This document shows positions 20,989 through 28,573 of a stretch of DNA of 34,688 bases, in pieces. Below the pieces are notes generated by a model, which saw only the letters and a list, made by a program, of their open reading frames with translations, was not told where the DNA came from and made no database searches. The DNA is from Novosphingobium sp. (GTDB taxonomy: Bacteria > Pseudomonadota > Alphaproteobacteria > Sphingomonadales > Sphingomonadaceae): the NCBI GenBank assembly GCA_043758655.1, contig JAYVNC010000197.1:1-34688 (forward strand), in the 5' to 3' direction. The stretch's first letter is position 1. Every line of letters starts with the position of its first letter. Made by a program: the position numbers and the translations under genes.

Positions 20989-21504
20989 TCAAAAATTGGA
21001 AATCGATAATTCGTCATGGATAGGCGTTTTCGGTAATTGCACGATCTCATCACCAAGCCTGAGGATGGCATCTAAAAGCTGCAACACCAATTCTAAATTA
21101 GCGCGAACCAAAGCGAGATTATCATTGTTGACCATAACTCCGTCAGGGCGCGTGCTGTCGATTGCGGATTTGCAAAAAGCATAAAATCTGACGATCTTAA
21201 GGGCATCCAGCGGCCTTAGGCGACCAATCTGGCTACCCAATGCATTATAAACAGAAAAGTAATTTTCCTTTAAGTCAACAATCACGGTGCTGGCTTGAGC
21301 CCCATCAAGATACAAGTGCTCTACCACCTCGGTAATGAAGGTTTGATAATGCTGTACCCGGATTAAACGACAAATTGAATCAATCTCGGCGGCGAGCGCA
21401 ACAAGGATAGTTTCTGACTCGTGCTGCCTCGTACGAAAGTTCAAAAGTGTTTGAACGATCCCAGTAGCAATTGCTCCGAGTAGTGCGAACAAGACCTCTT
21501 TCAC
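20989..21504 (-). CDS. Hypothetical protein with N-terminal TM, AT-rich (probably foreign)
   Basis: 171-aa ORF; GTG overlaps the ruvA stop (GTGA); visibly AT-richer than its flanks. Confidence 0.65.
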   Translation of the reverse strand: MKEVLFALLGAIATGIVQTLLNFRTRQHESETILVALAAEIDSICRLIRVQHYQTFITEVVEHLYLDGAQASTVIVDLKENYFSVYNALGSQIGRLRPLDALKIVRFYAFCKSAIDSTRPDGVMVNNDNLALVRANLELVLQLLDAILRLGDEIVQLPKTPIHDELSISNF

Positions 21505-22103
21505 CCCGCCGCCCTCTTCAACGCAACCCGCACCAGTTCATTCAACCCTGCCCCGGCACCCAGCTCATCCAGCGCCCGCGCCACGGCATCGGTCGCCACG
21601 TTTGGTTTGAACCCAAGATTCTGCAAAGCCGAAACCGCATCCGATCCCACTGAGCCCACCGGCGGAGCAGCAACGCCGACTCCCCCCGGAACCGTCGCCA
21701 GCCCGCCAGCCTTGTCCTTCAATTCATTGACAATCCGCGCGGCCAGCTTCGGCCCGACGCCTTGCGCCCGCGCCACCATCGCCGCGTCTCCGCCTGCGCA
21801 GGCGCGTTGCAGTTCTTCTGTGGCGAGCGCCGAGAGCACCGCCAGCGCCATCTTTGAACCCACGCCCTGCACGCCGGTCAGCAGCCGGAACCATTCGCGT
21901 TCCGCCGCGCTGGCGAAGCCGATAAGGCGCATGTCGTTTTCGGAAACCTGCAGCTCGGTGTGGATCGTCACCCGGTCCCCCGCGATGCCCAGCGCGGTGA
22001 GTGTTTTGGCGCTGCAATGGATCAGATAGCCCACCCCGCTCACGTCAATCACCGCCCAATCGGGGCCGAAGTCGTCAAGTGTGCCGGTTAGCCGTGCGAT
22101 CAT
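21501..22103 (-). CDS. ruvA: Holliday junction branch migration protein RuvA
   Basis: MIARLTG, VSGVGY, VQGVGSKMALAVL, GVGPKLAARIVNELKDK, ALQNLGF. Confidence 0.97.
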   Translation of the reverse strand: MIARLTGTLDDFGPDWAVIDVSGVGYLIHCSAKTLTALGIAGDRVTIHTELQVSENDMRLIGFASAAEREWFRLLTGVQGVGSKMALAVLSALATEELQRACAGGDAAMVARAQGVGPKLAARIVNELKDKAGGLATVPGGVGVAAPPVGSVGSDAVSALQNLGFKPNVATDAVARALDELGAGAGLNELVRVALKRAAG

Positions 22104-22164
22104 GGTTTGTTCTATGGCACAGCCGCGATTCGGGGGGAAGGAGGAAATGTGTGGGGCTTGGGCG

Positions 22165-22260
22165 GCGCGTGTCCTTCGACAAGCTCAGGACGAGCGGGAT
22201 TGGTGATTTGGGTCAAAAAGAAAAGGCCCGCTCATGCTGAGCCTGTCGAAGCGCGCGCGC
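22165..22260. repeat. REP-like palindromic repeat (CTTCGACAAGCTCAG family), full copy
   Basis: CTTCGACAAGCTCAGGACGAGCGGG (22174-22198) and CCCGCTCATGCTGAGCCTGTCGAAG (22227-22251) are imperfect inverted arms. Confidence 0.85.
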
Positions 22261-22320
22261 CACCCTTGCCCCAAGCCGCCCATTCTGCCAGCCTCGCGCT
22301 TCCACAGGGGGCAAACACAA

Positions 22321-22758
22321 ATGGCATTCGGCGATAGCGCACAGAAATTCTGGACCGTCGATCTCACCACCCGGGCAGGCGCGCTGAGCGCCGCCAAGTC
22401 TGGCAGCACCGGGGCTTTTATATTCTGCGCGATGGGCGTGGTGGGGATGTTGTTCTTCGGACTGAAGGTCGGGTTCACGACAACGTTAGGCATTGCGGAG
22501 ATCGGTGCTGCGGGGTTTGAGGCTGCCATCGCCTTGATCGCCGGGCTCCGGCTGCGTCAGGGTAAGGGCGTGATCTGGGGCGGGGTGGCCGCAGTGCTGG
22601 TCGCGCTTGAAGGGCTGGGCAAAGTTCTGGTGATCAGCATTGGCGGGATTTTCCTTAGCGGTGCGGTGCTGATTATGCTGGTCAACGGGGTTCGCGGCGC
22701 ACTGGCGCTGAAAAAAGACGCCGGGTTTGAGGATGATGACGTTGAGGTTTTTAATTAA
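22321..22758 (+). CDS. Hypothetical four-TM membrane protein
   Basis: ATG at 22321 after an AGGGGG RBS; hydrophobic helices; acidic C-terminus; antisense to the ruv genes. Confidence 0.7.
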   Translation: MAFGDSAQKFWTVDLTTRAGALSAAKSGSTGAFIFCAMGVVGMLFFGLKVGFTTTLGIAEIGAAGFEAAIALIAGLRLRQGKGVIWGGVAAVLVALEGLGKVLVISIGGIFLSGAVLIMLVNGVRGALALKKDAGFEDDDVEVFN

Positions 22759-22766
22759 ATACTACA

Positions 22767-22791
22767 CCCGCTCATGCTGAGCTTGTCGAAG
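22767..22791. repeat. REP-like repeat, single arm
   Basis: CCCGCTCATGCTGAGCTTGTCGAAG, one mismatch to 22227-22251. Confidence 0.8.
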
Positions 22792-22799
22792 CACCCGCG

Positions 22800-23270
22800 C
22801 TAACCGTTGATCAAATGCGCATGGCAAATCGCCACCGCCAGCGCATCGGCGGCATCCGCCCCGGCGAGCTTCACCCCCGGCAGCAGAACGCTGAGCATTG
22901 CCTGAACCTGTGCCTTTTCCGCCGCGCCGTTCCCAACAATCGCCTTCTTCACCAGCCGCGTGGCATATTCGGCAACGGGTAGCCCGGCGCGGGCGAGCGC
23001 GAGCAGGCAGACGCCGCGTGCCTGGCCCAATTTGAGCGTTGATTGCGGGTTCTTGTTGACGAAAACCTCCTCCACCGCGCTGCTATCCGGGCGGTAGTGG
23101 AGGATGACATCGGTCAGCTCGCGGTCGAGCATGACGAGCCGTTCGGGCAGGCTCGCTTTGGCATCGGTCTTGATCTGGCCATTGGCAATGTGGCTGAGAC
23201 GGCTACCCGATTTGGCCACAATCCCCCAGCCAGTGCAGGTAAGGCTGGGATCGAGGCCGATAATCAACAA
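22800..23270 (-). CDS. ruvC: Crossover junction endodeoxyribonuclease RuvC
   Basis: [46 protein letters not shown]; TTG start. Confidence 0.97.
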   Translation of the reverse strand: MLIIGLDPSLTCTGWGIVAKSGSRLSHIANGQIKTDAKASLPERLVMLDRELTDVILHYRPDSSAVEEVFVNKNPQSTLKLGQARGVCLLALARAGLPVAEYATRLVKKAIVGNGAAEKAQVQAMLSVLLPGVKLAGADAADALAVAICHAHLING

Positions 23271-23495
23271 CTACTGGAACAGAACGGTTGCGCCGTCTGT
23301 CGATCCAGTCGCGATAAATCTCAGATCATCACGACTAAAGTGGCTTGTGTTTGAAACAATCAGCTGCGCGCCTCCGCTCAAACCAGTTGCTATGAAGCGC
23401 AAGTCGTCCCGCCCGAAATCAGTGCCATCAACATGAACGCTTCCACCTCCTGTCGCAATAAATCGAAGATCTTCGCGTGAACGGCCCTTAATCAT
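23271..23495 (-). CDS. 74-aa hypothetical protein with three R[E/D]DLRFIATG repeats
   Basis: Peptide repeats with synonymous divergence; start overlaps the yebC stop and stop abuts the ruvC start. Confidence 0.75.
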   Translation of the reverse strand: MIKGRSREDLRFIATGGGSVHVDGTDFGRDDLRFIATGLSGGAQLIVSNTSHFSRDDLRFIATGSTDGATVLFQ

Positions 23496-24235
23496 GATAG
23501 CTTCTCCATCACCGCGTCGGAAATTTCGTAATTGCCCCAGACGGTCTGCACATCATCGTCATCGTCAAGAATGTCGATCAGCTTGAGCAAGGTCACCGCG
23601 TCGCTCTCGCTTACCTCAACCTTAAGCCCCGGCTTCCACGCCAGTTTGACCGCATCGGCCTCACCCAGCGTCTTTTCGAGCTCGCGGGCAACCGGGTGGA
23701 GCACATCAATCGAAGTCCAGATCGCGTGGCCGTCTTCATCGCTCTCAATGTCATCCGCGCCAGCTTCGATGGCGGCCTCGAGCACGGTGTCTTCATCGCC
23801 AGCCTTCGCGCTATATTCGATCAGGCCAAGCCGCTCAAACCCGTGGCTCACGCCGCCGCTTGCACCAAGGTTGCCGCCGTTTTTGGAGAAGGCGGTGCGG
23901 ATATTTGTCGCGGTGCGGTTGCGGTTGTCGGTCAGCGCCTCAACGATCAGCGCGACGCCCCCGGGGCCGTAACCCTCATAGCGAATTTCCTCGTAGTTCT
24001 CGCCGTCGCCCCGCGTCGCCTTGTCAATCGCGCGCTGGATGTTGTCCTTGGGCACCGATAGCGCCTTTGCAGCGTTGACCGCCGCGCGCAGCCGCGGGTT
24101 CATATCCGGATCAGGCATGCCCATCTTCGCTGCAACGGTGATTTCGCGGCTGAGCTTGGAAAACGAAGCCGACCGCTTCTTATCCTGCGCACCCTTGCGG
24201 TGCATGATGTTCTTGAATTTGGAATGGCCTGCCAT
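23492..24235 (-). CDS. yebC: YebC/PmpR family protein
   Basis: [48 protein letters not shown]. Confidence 0.96.
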   Translation of the reverse strand: MAGHSKFKNIMHRKGAQDKKRSASFSKLSREITVAAKMGMPDPDMNPRLRAAVNAAKALSVPKDNIQRAIDKATRGDGENYEEIRYEGYGPGGVALIVEALTDNRNRTATNIRTAFSKNGGNLGASGGVSHGFERLGLIEYSAKAGDEDTVLEAAIEAGADDIESDEDGHAIWTSIDVLHPVARELEKTLGEADAVKLAWKPGLKVEVSESDAVTLLKLIDILDDDDDVQTVWGNYEISDAVMEKLS

Positions 24236-24326
24236 GGGTCTGCTTCATATCGTTTCGGAATGTTTGGCTCTGCCCCTAGCCTACGGGCTACATCCAGACA
24301 ACAACACGCAATCATCGAAATTAGCA

Positions 24327-25631
24327 TCAGCCGGCGTTTGGCGAGCACACACTTTGCCCGACTTGCGCAAGATGAACCACAATGTCGACAAGTGCGGGGA
24401 AGTCTTCATGGATGGCACAGGTAGGAATCACTGGATGCCCTTGGAGACGTTCACCATTCGCCCGGTAAATCTGCCCGGTTGTCAAACGAAGGGCGGTTCC
24501 GCGATCAAATCGGATCATCGAGTCAATGTAGCCAATCCCGGAAGACGTAGCGCCAACGACCATGCCTGTATGATTGTCCTGTATGGCTGCTGCCACAATT
24601 TCAGCACCTGACGCCGTATGCTTACTCGTTAACAAGACAATGGACTTCCCATTAACAATTGTATCGGATTTAGCAGAGTAGCGTATGGACTCGGCTTCAT
24701 TTCGGGAAGAAATTTTGGCAATATTTCCTTTTTTTAGCATTGCATCTGCCACAGCAATGGCTTCATCAAGAAGGCCGCCTACATTATCACGCAAATCAAC
24801 GACCAGTAGCTTTGCGTCACTTCCGTAGGTTCGAACCAATCGAGAAAATTCGACCGCCGAGCCCTTTGTAAATTCGTGCAGCGAAATTATGAACACATCA
24901 CCACGACGCTCAAAGTCGATAGCCTCGTTCACAGTGAGGATTACCCTACGCATAACTTTCACCGTACGCTGTTGCCCATTTTGCCCAACTATTTGCAATA
25001 TAACCGTAGTTCCGAATTTACCGCGCATAGAGTCCGCGACTTTTTCCTGTGACAGTTGGCGCGTGGCTAAACCGTCAACCGCTACAATAACATCTCCAAC
25101 GGCCAGACCAGCTTCGAGCGCAGGTCCTTCGCGCACCAAAGAAACAATTCGTGCGCCCAAAGGATCGTCGGAAAAGCTCAAACCAATACCAACACGGCTA
25201 ATCCCATTGCTAAGTCGCTTGACCTCTTCGCGACTAAAAAATCGGTTCCGTCCCTCCAATGGAGTTAGCGCAGCACTGACCAATGCATCGGTCGCGCTGT
25301 TTGCCACGTCAGCTGTGGCATCGTCGAGGTGCATACAGAGGTACGCTGCGTCCATCGCGGTGGCCAGATTTCGCCCGCGTGTATTGCCAAGCATGCAGGT
25401 ATCAAATTCACTTGCGTTGATCCCTGCCCGACGGCGTGCCTCAGAAACCACGGCATCAGCCATCGCCGCCTCATTTGGAATTTGAAAATAGTTATCGCGA
25501 ACTAAATTGCTAAAAACACCGAGAAATTGTGTATTCGCCGCATCGTTTCCCGCAGAGACCGGCAACGGCCACATTAAGCAAGTTGCAGCCGCCGCCGCCA
25601 TGGTTACGTGATGGTAAACCCTCATATTCAC
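24327..25631 (-). CDS. S41A (CtpA-like) C-terminal processing peptidase homolog with PDZ domain
   Basis: Signal peptide, GIGL PDZ motif, VDLRDNVGGLL, TASGAEIVAAAIQD; AT-richer than its flanks. Confidence 0.82.
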   Translation of the reverse strand: MNMRVYHHVTMAAAAATCLMWPLPVSAGNDAANTQFLGVFSNLVRDNYFQIPNEAAMADAVVSEARRRAGINASEFDTCMLGNTRGRNLATAMDAAYLCMHLDDATADVANSATDALVSAALTPLEGRNRFFSREEVKRLSNGISRVGIGLSFSDDPLGARIVSLVREGPALEAGLAVGDVIVAVDGLATRQLSQEKVADSMRGKFGTTVILQIVGQNGQQRTVKVMRRVILTVNEAIDFERRGDVFIISLHEFTKGSAVEFSRLVRTYGSDAKLLVVDLRDNVGGLLDEAIAVADAMLKKGNIAKISSRNEAESIRYSAKSDTIVNGKSIVLLTSKHTASGAEIVAAAIQDNHTGMVVGATSSGIGYIDSMIRFDRGTALRLTTGQIYRANGERLQGHPVIPTCAIHEDFPALVDIVVHLAQVGQSVCSPNAG

Positions 25632-25645
25632 TCCCTATCCCAAGT

Positions 25646-25882
25646 TCATCCCAGCCCCAGCGCAGCCTTATACAGCTCGAGGATGGTTTCCATCTCGGCG
25701 CGGTCATCGGGCTTCATTTTGCGAAGTGCGACAACCTTGCGCATGATCTTGGCGTCATAGCCCACCGCCTTGGCCTCGGCGTAAACGTCGCGGATGTCGT
25801 CGGCGATGCCTTTTTTCTCTTCTTCAAGCCGCTCGACGCGTTCGATCAGGAGGCGCAGGCGGTCGTCGGTGGTTTCGGCCAT
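25646..25882 (-). CDS. gapR: DUF2312 nucleoid-associated protein (GapR family)
   Basis: [40 protein letters not shown]. Confidence 0.9.
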   Translation of the reverse strand: MAETTDDRLRLLIERVERLEEEKKGIADDIRDVYAEAKAVGYDAKIMRKVVALRKMKPDDRAEMETILELYKAALGLG

Positions 25883-25964
25883 GGGGTCAGTCTTTCAGAT
25901 AAGGGAGAATCGGCTGGTGGGGTCGATAGCGAGGGCGGGAGATTCGGGGAAGGGCCCGTTCTCG

Positions 25965-26125
25965 CTCTCTCCCCAGCGGGGAGAGATACGAAGGCTTGAG
26001 AGCGCAGCGATCTAGCCGCAGTTGAGAGGGGGCTCTGCCTTCGCAAGCGCCGAGCTCCCCTCTCCAACTTCGCCTTAGGCGGCAAGCCGCCAAGGCTGCG
26101 TATCCTCTCCCCTGACAGGGGAGAG
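25965..26125. repeat. CIR/REP-like composite palindrome, interrupted at its right end by the IS (remainder at 28848-28857)
   Basis: Terminal hairpins TCTCTCCCC-AGC-GGGGAGAGA and CCTCTCCCC-TGACA-GGGGAGAG(G); the two halves are imperfect inverted copies. Confidence 0.8.
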
Positions 26126-26134
26126 GGGACTGCA

Positions 26135-27019
26135 TCACTTTGAAATTTCCACCGTCCGTTTTTTGTAGGGGCCGCGCAGCTTAGGCGTTTGGCTTGCATC
26201 AATCCGACCGAGGATTGTTTCAAATCCCATGAACGTATCGGCGATGCCAGCGGCCATAGCGGGCGACATGCGCAGCTTGGAGTGAGTGCGGATAAAGTTG
26301 TAGAACATCGTATAGAGCGCGACCATGTGCGCATGATTTGCCACCTTCTTGCTGTGGCCGTTTGTCAGGCGGGTAAAGCGGCGCATGTGCATCCGCATCG
26401 TCTTGTTGTGCGCTTCGACATAAGACGTGCTGACATGCGCAATGTCGGGATTTCCTTCAACCCGAACCTTCTTGATGCCGGTGCATTCCGCTGGGCTGTA
26501 GCGACCACCCTTGTCGATTGTCGGGCCATACATCTTGATGATTTGAGCATAGTCCACATCAGCCCCGAATGCGCCTTCTATAGCTTCCAGATAGGCGCGG
26601 TGGCCATCAGTTGACAGCTGGACGCGGTTTGCGAGGCGCGAGCGGAGATCGTCCATAAGTTCGATTGCAGTCTCTCCCGAACGATCCCCAACAAGGTAGC
26701 TGACAATCAGTTTTGAATCGGCGTCAATACCGGTCCAAGTCCAAATGTCGCCAGCGCCTTCCGGTGCGGCTTTGGCGCTGGTAACGGTCTTTTGCTTGCA
26801 ATAGTTGAAGGCCCAAATTTCATCGCACTGTATGCGGCTCGCCTTTACGCCCTGCACCATTTCATCGTGCATTTCGACACAGACTGTCCCGGCGTCGATC
26901 AGCAGTTTCGCAACCGTATTGAAGCTAACGTCGGCGATCCGGGCAACGGCGCGCATGGACATGCCCTCGCACAGCAGATTGAGGATTTGAACACGGGCTT
27001 TGATGGCGAGCTTTCTCAT
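26135..27019 (-). CDS. IS1-family-like DDE transposase (single ORF, N-terminal HTH)
   Basis: HTH CEGMSMRAVARIADVSFNTVAK; D in IQCDEIW, D in LSTDGHRAY, E in TSYVEAHN; RRFTRLTNGHSKK; stop codon lies within the TIR. Confidence 0.88.
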   Translation of the reverse strand: MRKLAIKARVQILNLLCEGMSMRAVARIADVSFNTVAKLLIDAGTVCVEMHDEMVQGVKASRIQCDEIWAFNYCKQKTVTSAKAAPEGAGDIWTWTGIDADSKLIVSYLVGDRSGETAIELMDDLRSRLANRVQLSTDGHRAYLEAIEGAFGADVDYAQIIKMYGPTIDKGGRYSPAECTGIKKVRVEGNPDIAHVSTSYVEAHNKTMRMHMRRFTRLTNGHSKKVANHAHMVALYTMFYNFIRTHSKLRMSPAMAAGIADTFMGFETILGRIDASQTPKLRGPYKKRTVEISK

Positions 27020-27037
27020 GCCCATTTCTATATGGAC

Positions 27038-27063
27038 CTTTATACATGACGTCAAGCATAAAG
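27038..27063. promoter_or_regulatory. Imperfect 26-bp palindrome overlapping a putative transposase promoter
   Basis: CTTTATACATGACGTCAAGCATAAAG centred on TGACGTCA; minus strand reads TTGACG-N17-TATAGA just upstream of the ATG. Confidence 0.6.
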
Positions 27064-27088
27064 CGACTTTACGAAACTAGGGGCGGCC

Positions 27089-27451
27089 TTACGCCACGTC
27101 CTGCTGATTGAACCGAAGCCGGTTCGGAACAATAGCTAGCAAGTCGTCCTCTTCTGAGATGCGAAGCATGCGCATGTCGCGAACCACCTCCCAGAACCAA
27201 GCGTACTTGTCGTTAAGATCGAGCACGGCGGCGGCGCATGTCATCGCCGAAGTGTGCTCATTCCCATAGAAGACGCTGCCTTGCTGGCGGCGAAAGCCGT
27301 GGCCTTCCAGAACGCGGGCGATTTTCGCCCAGGCACCGTGCCTCTCAGCAGCTTCTTTGTTTAGATCGTAGGCTATCGCGTACACGCGGCCCGTTCCTTT
27401 CAGAGGTCGATGTCCCATCCCTCTTGCGCAGGACATCGGTGTTACAGACAT
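27089..27451 (-). CDS. vapD: VapD/Cas2-like endoribonuclease
   Basis: VYAIAYDL...GFRRQQGSVF...WFWEVVRDMRMLRI.EEDDL; ATG 27451 has a GAGGAG RBS; alternative GTG start at 27385. Confidence 0.8.
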   Translation of the reverse strand: MSVTPMSCARGMGHRPLKGTGRVYAIAYDLNKEAAERHGAWAKIARVLEGHGFRRQQGSVFYGNEHTSAMTCAAAVLDLNDKYAWFWEVVRDMRMLRISEEDDLLAIVPNRLRFNQQDVA

Positions 27452-27489
27452 GGATCGGCTCCTCGGAAAGCACATTATCGCACTTTCCG

Positions 27490-27720
27490 ACTAGACGAAT
27501 CTAGTTCGATTTGCTAGGCAGAATGCATCGAGGGTGATGCCCCGATGCAAACCGCTGAGTTAAGCCTTCAACAAGGCGGATTGCCACATAGGGTTACTCC
27601 TAGCTCGTGCTCCCGGATGCAGGGATAGGTTGGACTAAGGTTTCGACGGTGGTGCAAACACCGTAGTCACCGGCTTCTGGGCCGCTCCAAAAGAGCGGCC
27701 CATTCTCGTGGATGGGAGAA
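27490..27720. ncRNA. Candidate structured non-coding RNA inside the IS (unassigned)
   Basis: Series of hairpins: 27490-27505, 27524-27549, 27564-27577, 27646-27664, 27678-27702. Confidence 0.35.
27678..27707 (+). terminator. GC-rich 10-bp hairpin, possible terminator
   Basis: TGGGCCGCTC-CAAAA-GAGCGGCCCA followed by TTCTC (weak U-tract on + strand only). Confidence 0.45.
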
Positions 27721-27728
27721 AAGCACCA

Positions 27729-28196
27729 TCAAAATTCAATGTCGTCATCAAGCTCGGCGGAAAACCCGCCCGCCGGTTGCGCAGGCCGAATGCCGAACGG
27801 ATCATCATCCTCGGCCTCCACAGGCGATGCCTTTTCAACCTTCCGCCAATAGCGGCCATCGCCCACCTCTATTCGATCCTTGTTGCGGGCTAGGACGGTT
27901 CGAACGTTGTCTTGTGAGATCGACGTCACCCCGCTCGCCACTAAGGCCTCGTGGATCTCTTTTGGCGTTTTGCCGCCCCACTCGGAGTCCGAAAGAACCT
28001 TAAGGATGTGCGCAAGTGATTGCCCACGGGGCACGGCTGTTTCCACCTCCGGATTAAGCCCAAGGCGCGACAGTGTATCCCAGGTGATCTCAAGATTGCG
28101 AAGCTCGGCTTCGGCTGTCTCAAGCTGCCCACGAAGCTTTGTGACACGCTTGGTGGTCTCCGCCTTCTTCGCCTCAATAAGTTGCATTGTGTCCAT
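27729..28196 (-). CDS. Hypothetical coiled-coil + wHTH-like protein with SSB-like acidic C-terminal tail
   Basis: Heptad-rich N-terminus; ILKVL...TPKEIHEAL...VRTVLAR...GRYW; C-terminus GGFSAELDDDIEF; start could be 28214. Confidence 0.7.
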   Translation of the reverse strand: MDTMQLIEAKKAETTKRVTKLRGQLETAEAELRNLEITWDTLSRLGLNPEVETAVPRGQSLAHILKVLSDSEWGGKTPKEIHEALVASGVTSISQDNVRTVLARNKDRIEVGDGRYWRKVEKASPVEAEDDDPFGIRPAQPAGGFSAELDDDIEF

Positions 28197-28294
28197 GGCT
28201 TCGCCGCATAGCACGACTGTGACAACGTGTCGAATCCCGAGCCGTCACAAACCGGGCTGTCACGAATGTCCGTGACAACTGCGGAAAACGTCAC

Positions 28295-28322
28295 ACTTAT
28301 CCACAGGTCGCTGTGGATAAGT
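28295..28322. promoter_or_regulatory. Perfect 12-bp inverted repeat made of two consensus DnaA boxes
   Basis: ACTTATCCACAG-GTCG-CTGTGGATAAGT; TTATCCACA at 28297-28305 and TGTGGATAA at 28312-28320. Confidence 0.6.
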
Positions 28323-28342
28323 CTTGCCACTCCTATCGCACA

Positions 28343-28573
28343 TCATTTCCCCCACCGTTTTTTCGCCGCTGCCCGTGCGATCTCCGCTCGCCTCTCAGGC
28401 GACATCGACGCGGCGCGCGCAGCGCCACCCTTACGCCCCATCGACTGTGCAGCCTTGTCCTTACCGTCATCGGGCGCTTCATCGTCAGCTTCGCCTGTCA
28501 GAACGCGCATCACATGGACGGCGTTGCCGATCACGTCTGCGGGGCGTTTGCCACCTGCGGGAGACTTAGGCAT
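28343..28573 (-). CDS. Small basic KGG-motif protein (IS-associated)
   Basis: KRPADVIGNAVHVMRVLTGE...MGRKGGAARAASMSPERRAEIARAAAKKRW; start overlaps the upstream ORF stop. Confidence 0.8.
   Translation of the reverse strand: MPKSPAGGKRPADVIGNAVHVMRVLTGEADDEAPDDGKDKAAQSMGRKGGAARAASMSPERRAEIARAAAKKRWGK

Noticed and set aside
20828-20992. In-frame N-terminal extension of ParD from an ATG overlapping the upstream stop
   Set aside because: Does not look protein-like, and RHH antitoxins start at the beta strand; more likely promoter DNA, though not excluded
27592-27671. Canonical tRNA or tmRNA fragment
   Set aside because: No TTC T-loop, no proper D stem or anticodon arm, and no CCA; kept only as an unassigned structured RNA candidate
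27089-27720. CRISPR-Cas locus suggested by the Cas2-like protein
   Set aside because: No repeat-spacer array, cas1 or effector gene is visible; the motifs fit VapD
27635-27859. 74-aa minus-strand ORF in the IS
   Set aside because: Overlaps the better-supported wHTH gene in another frame and runs through the hairpins; no recognisable motif
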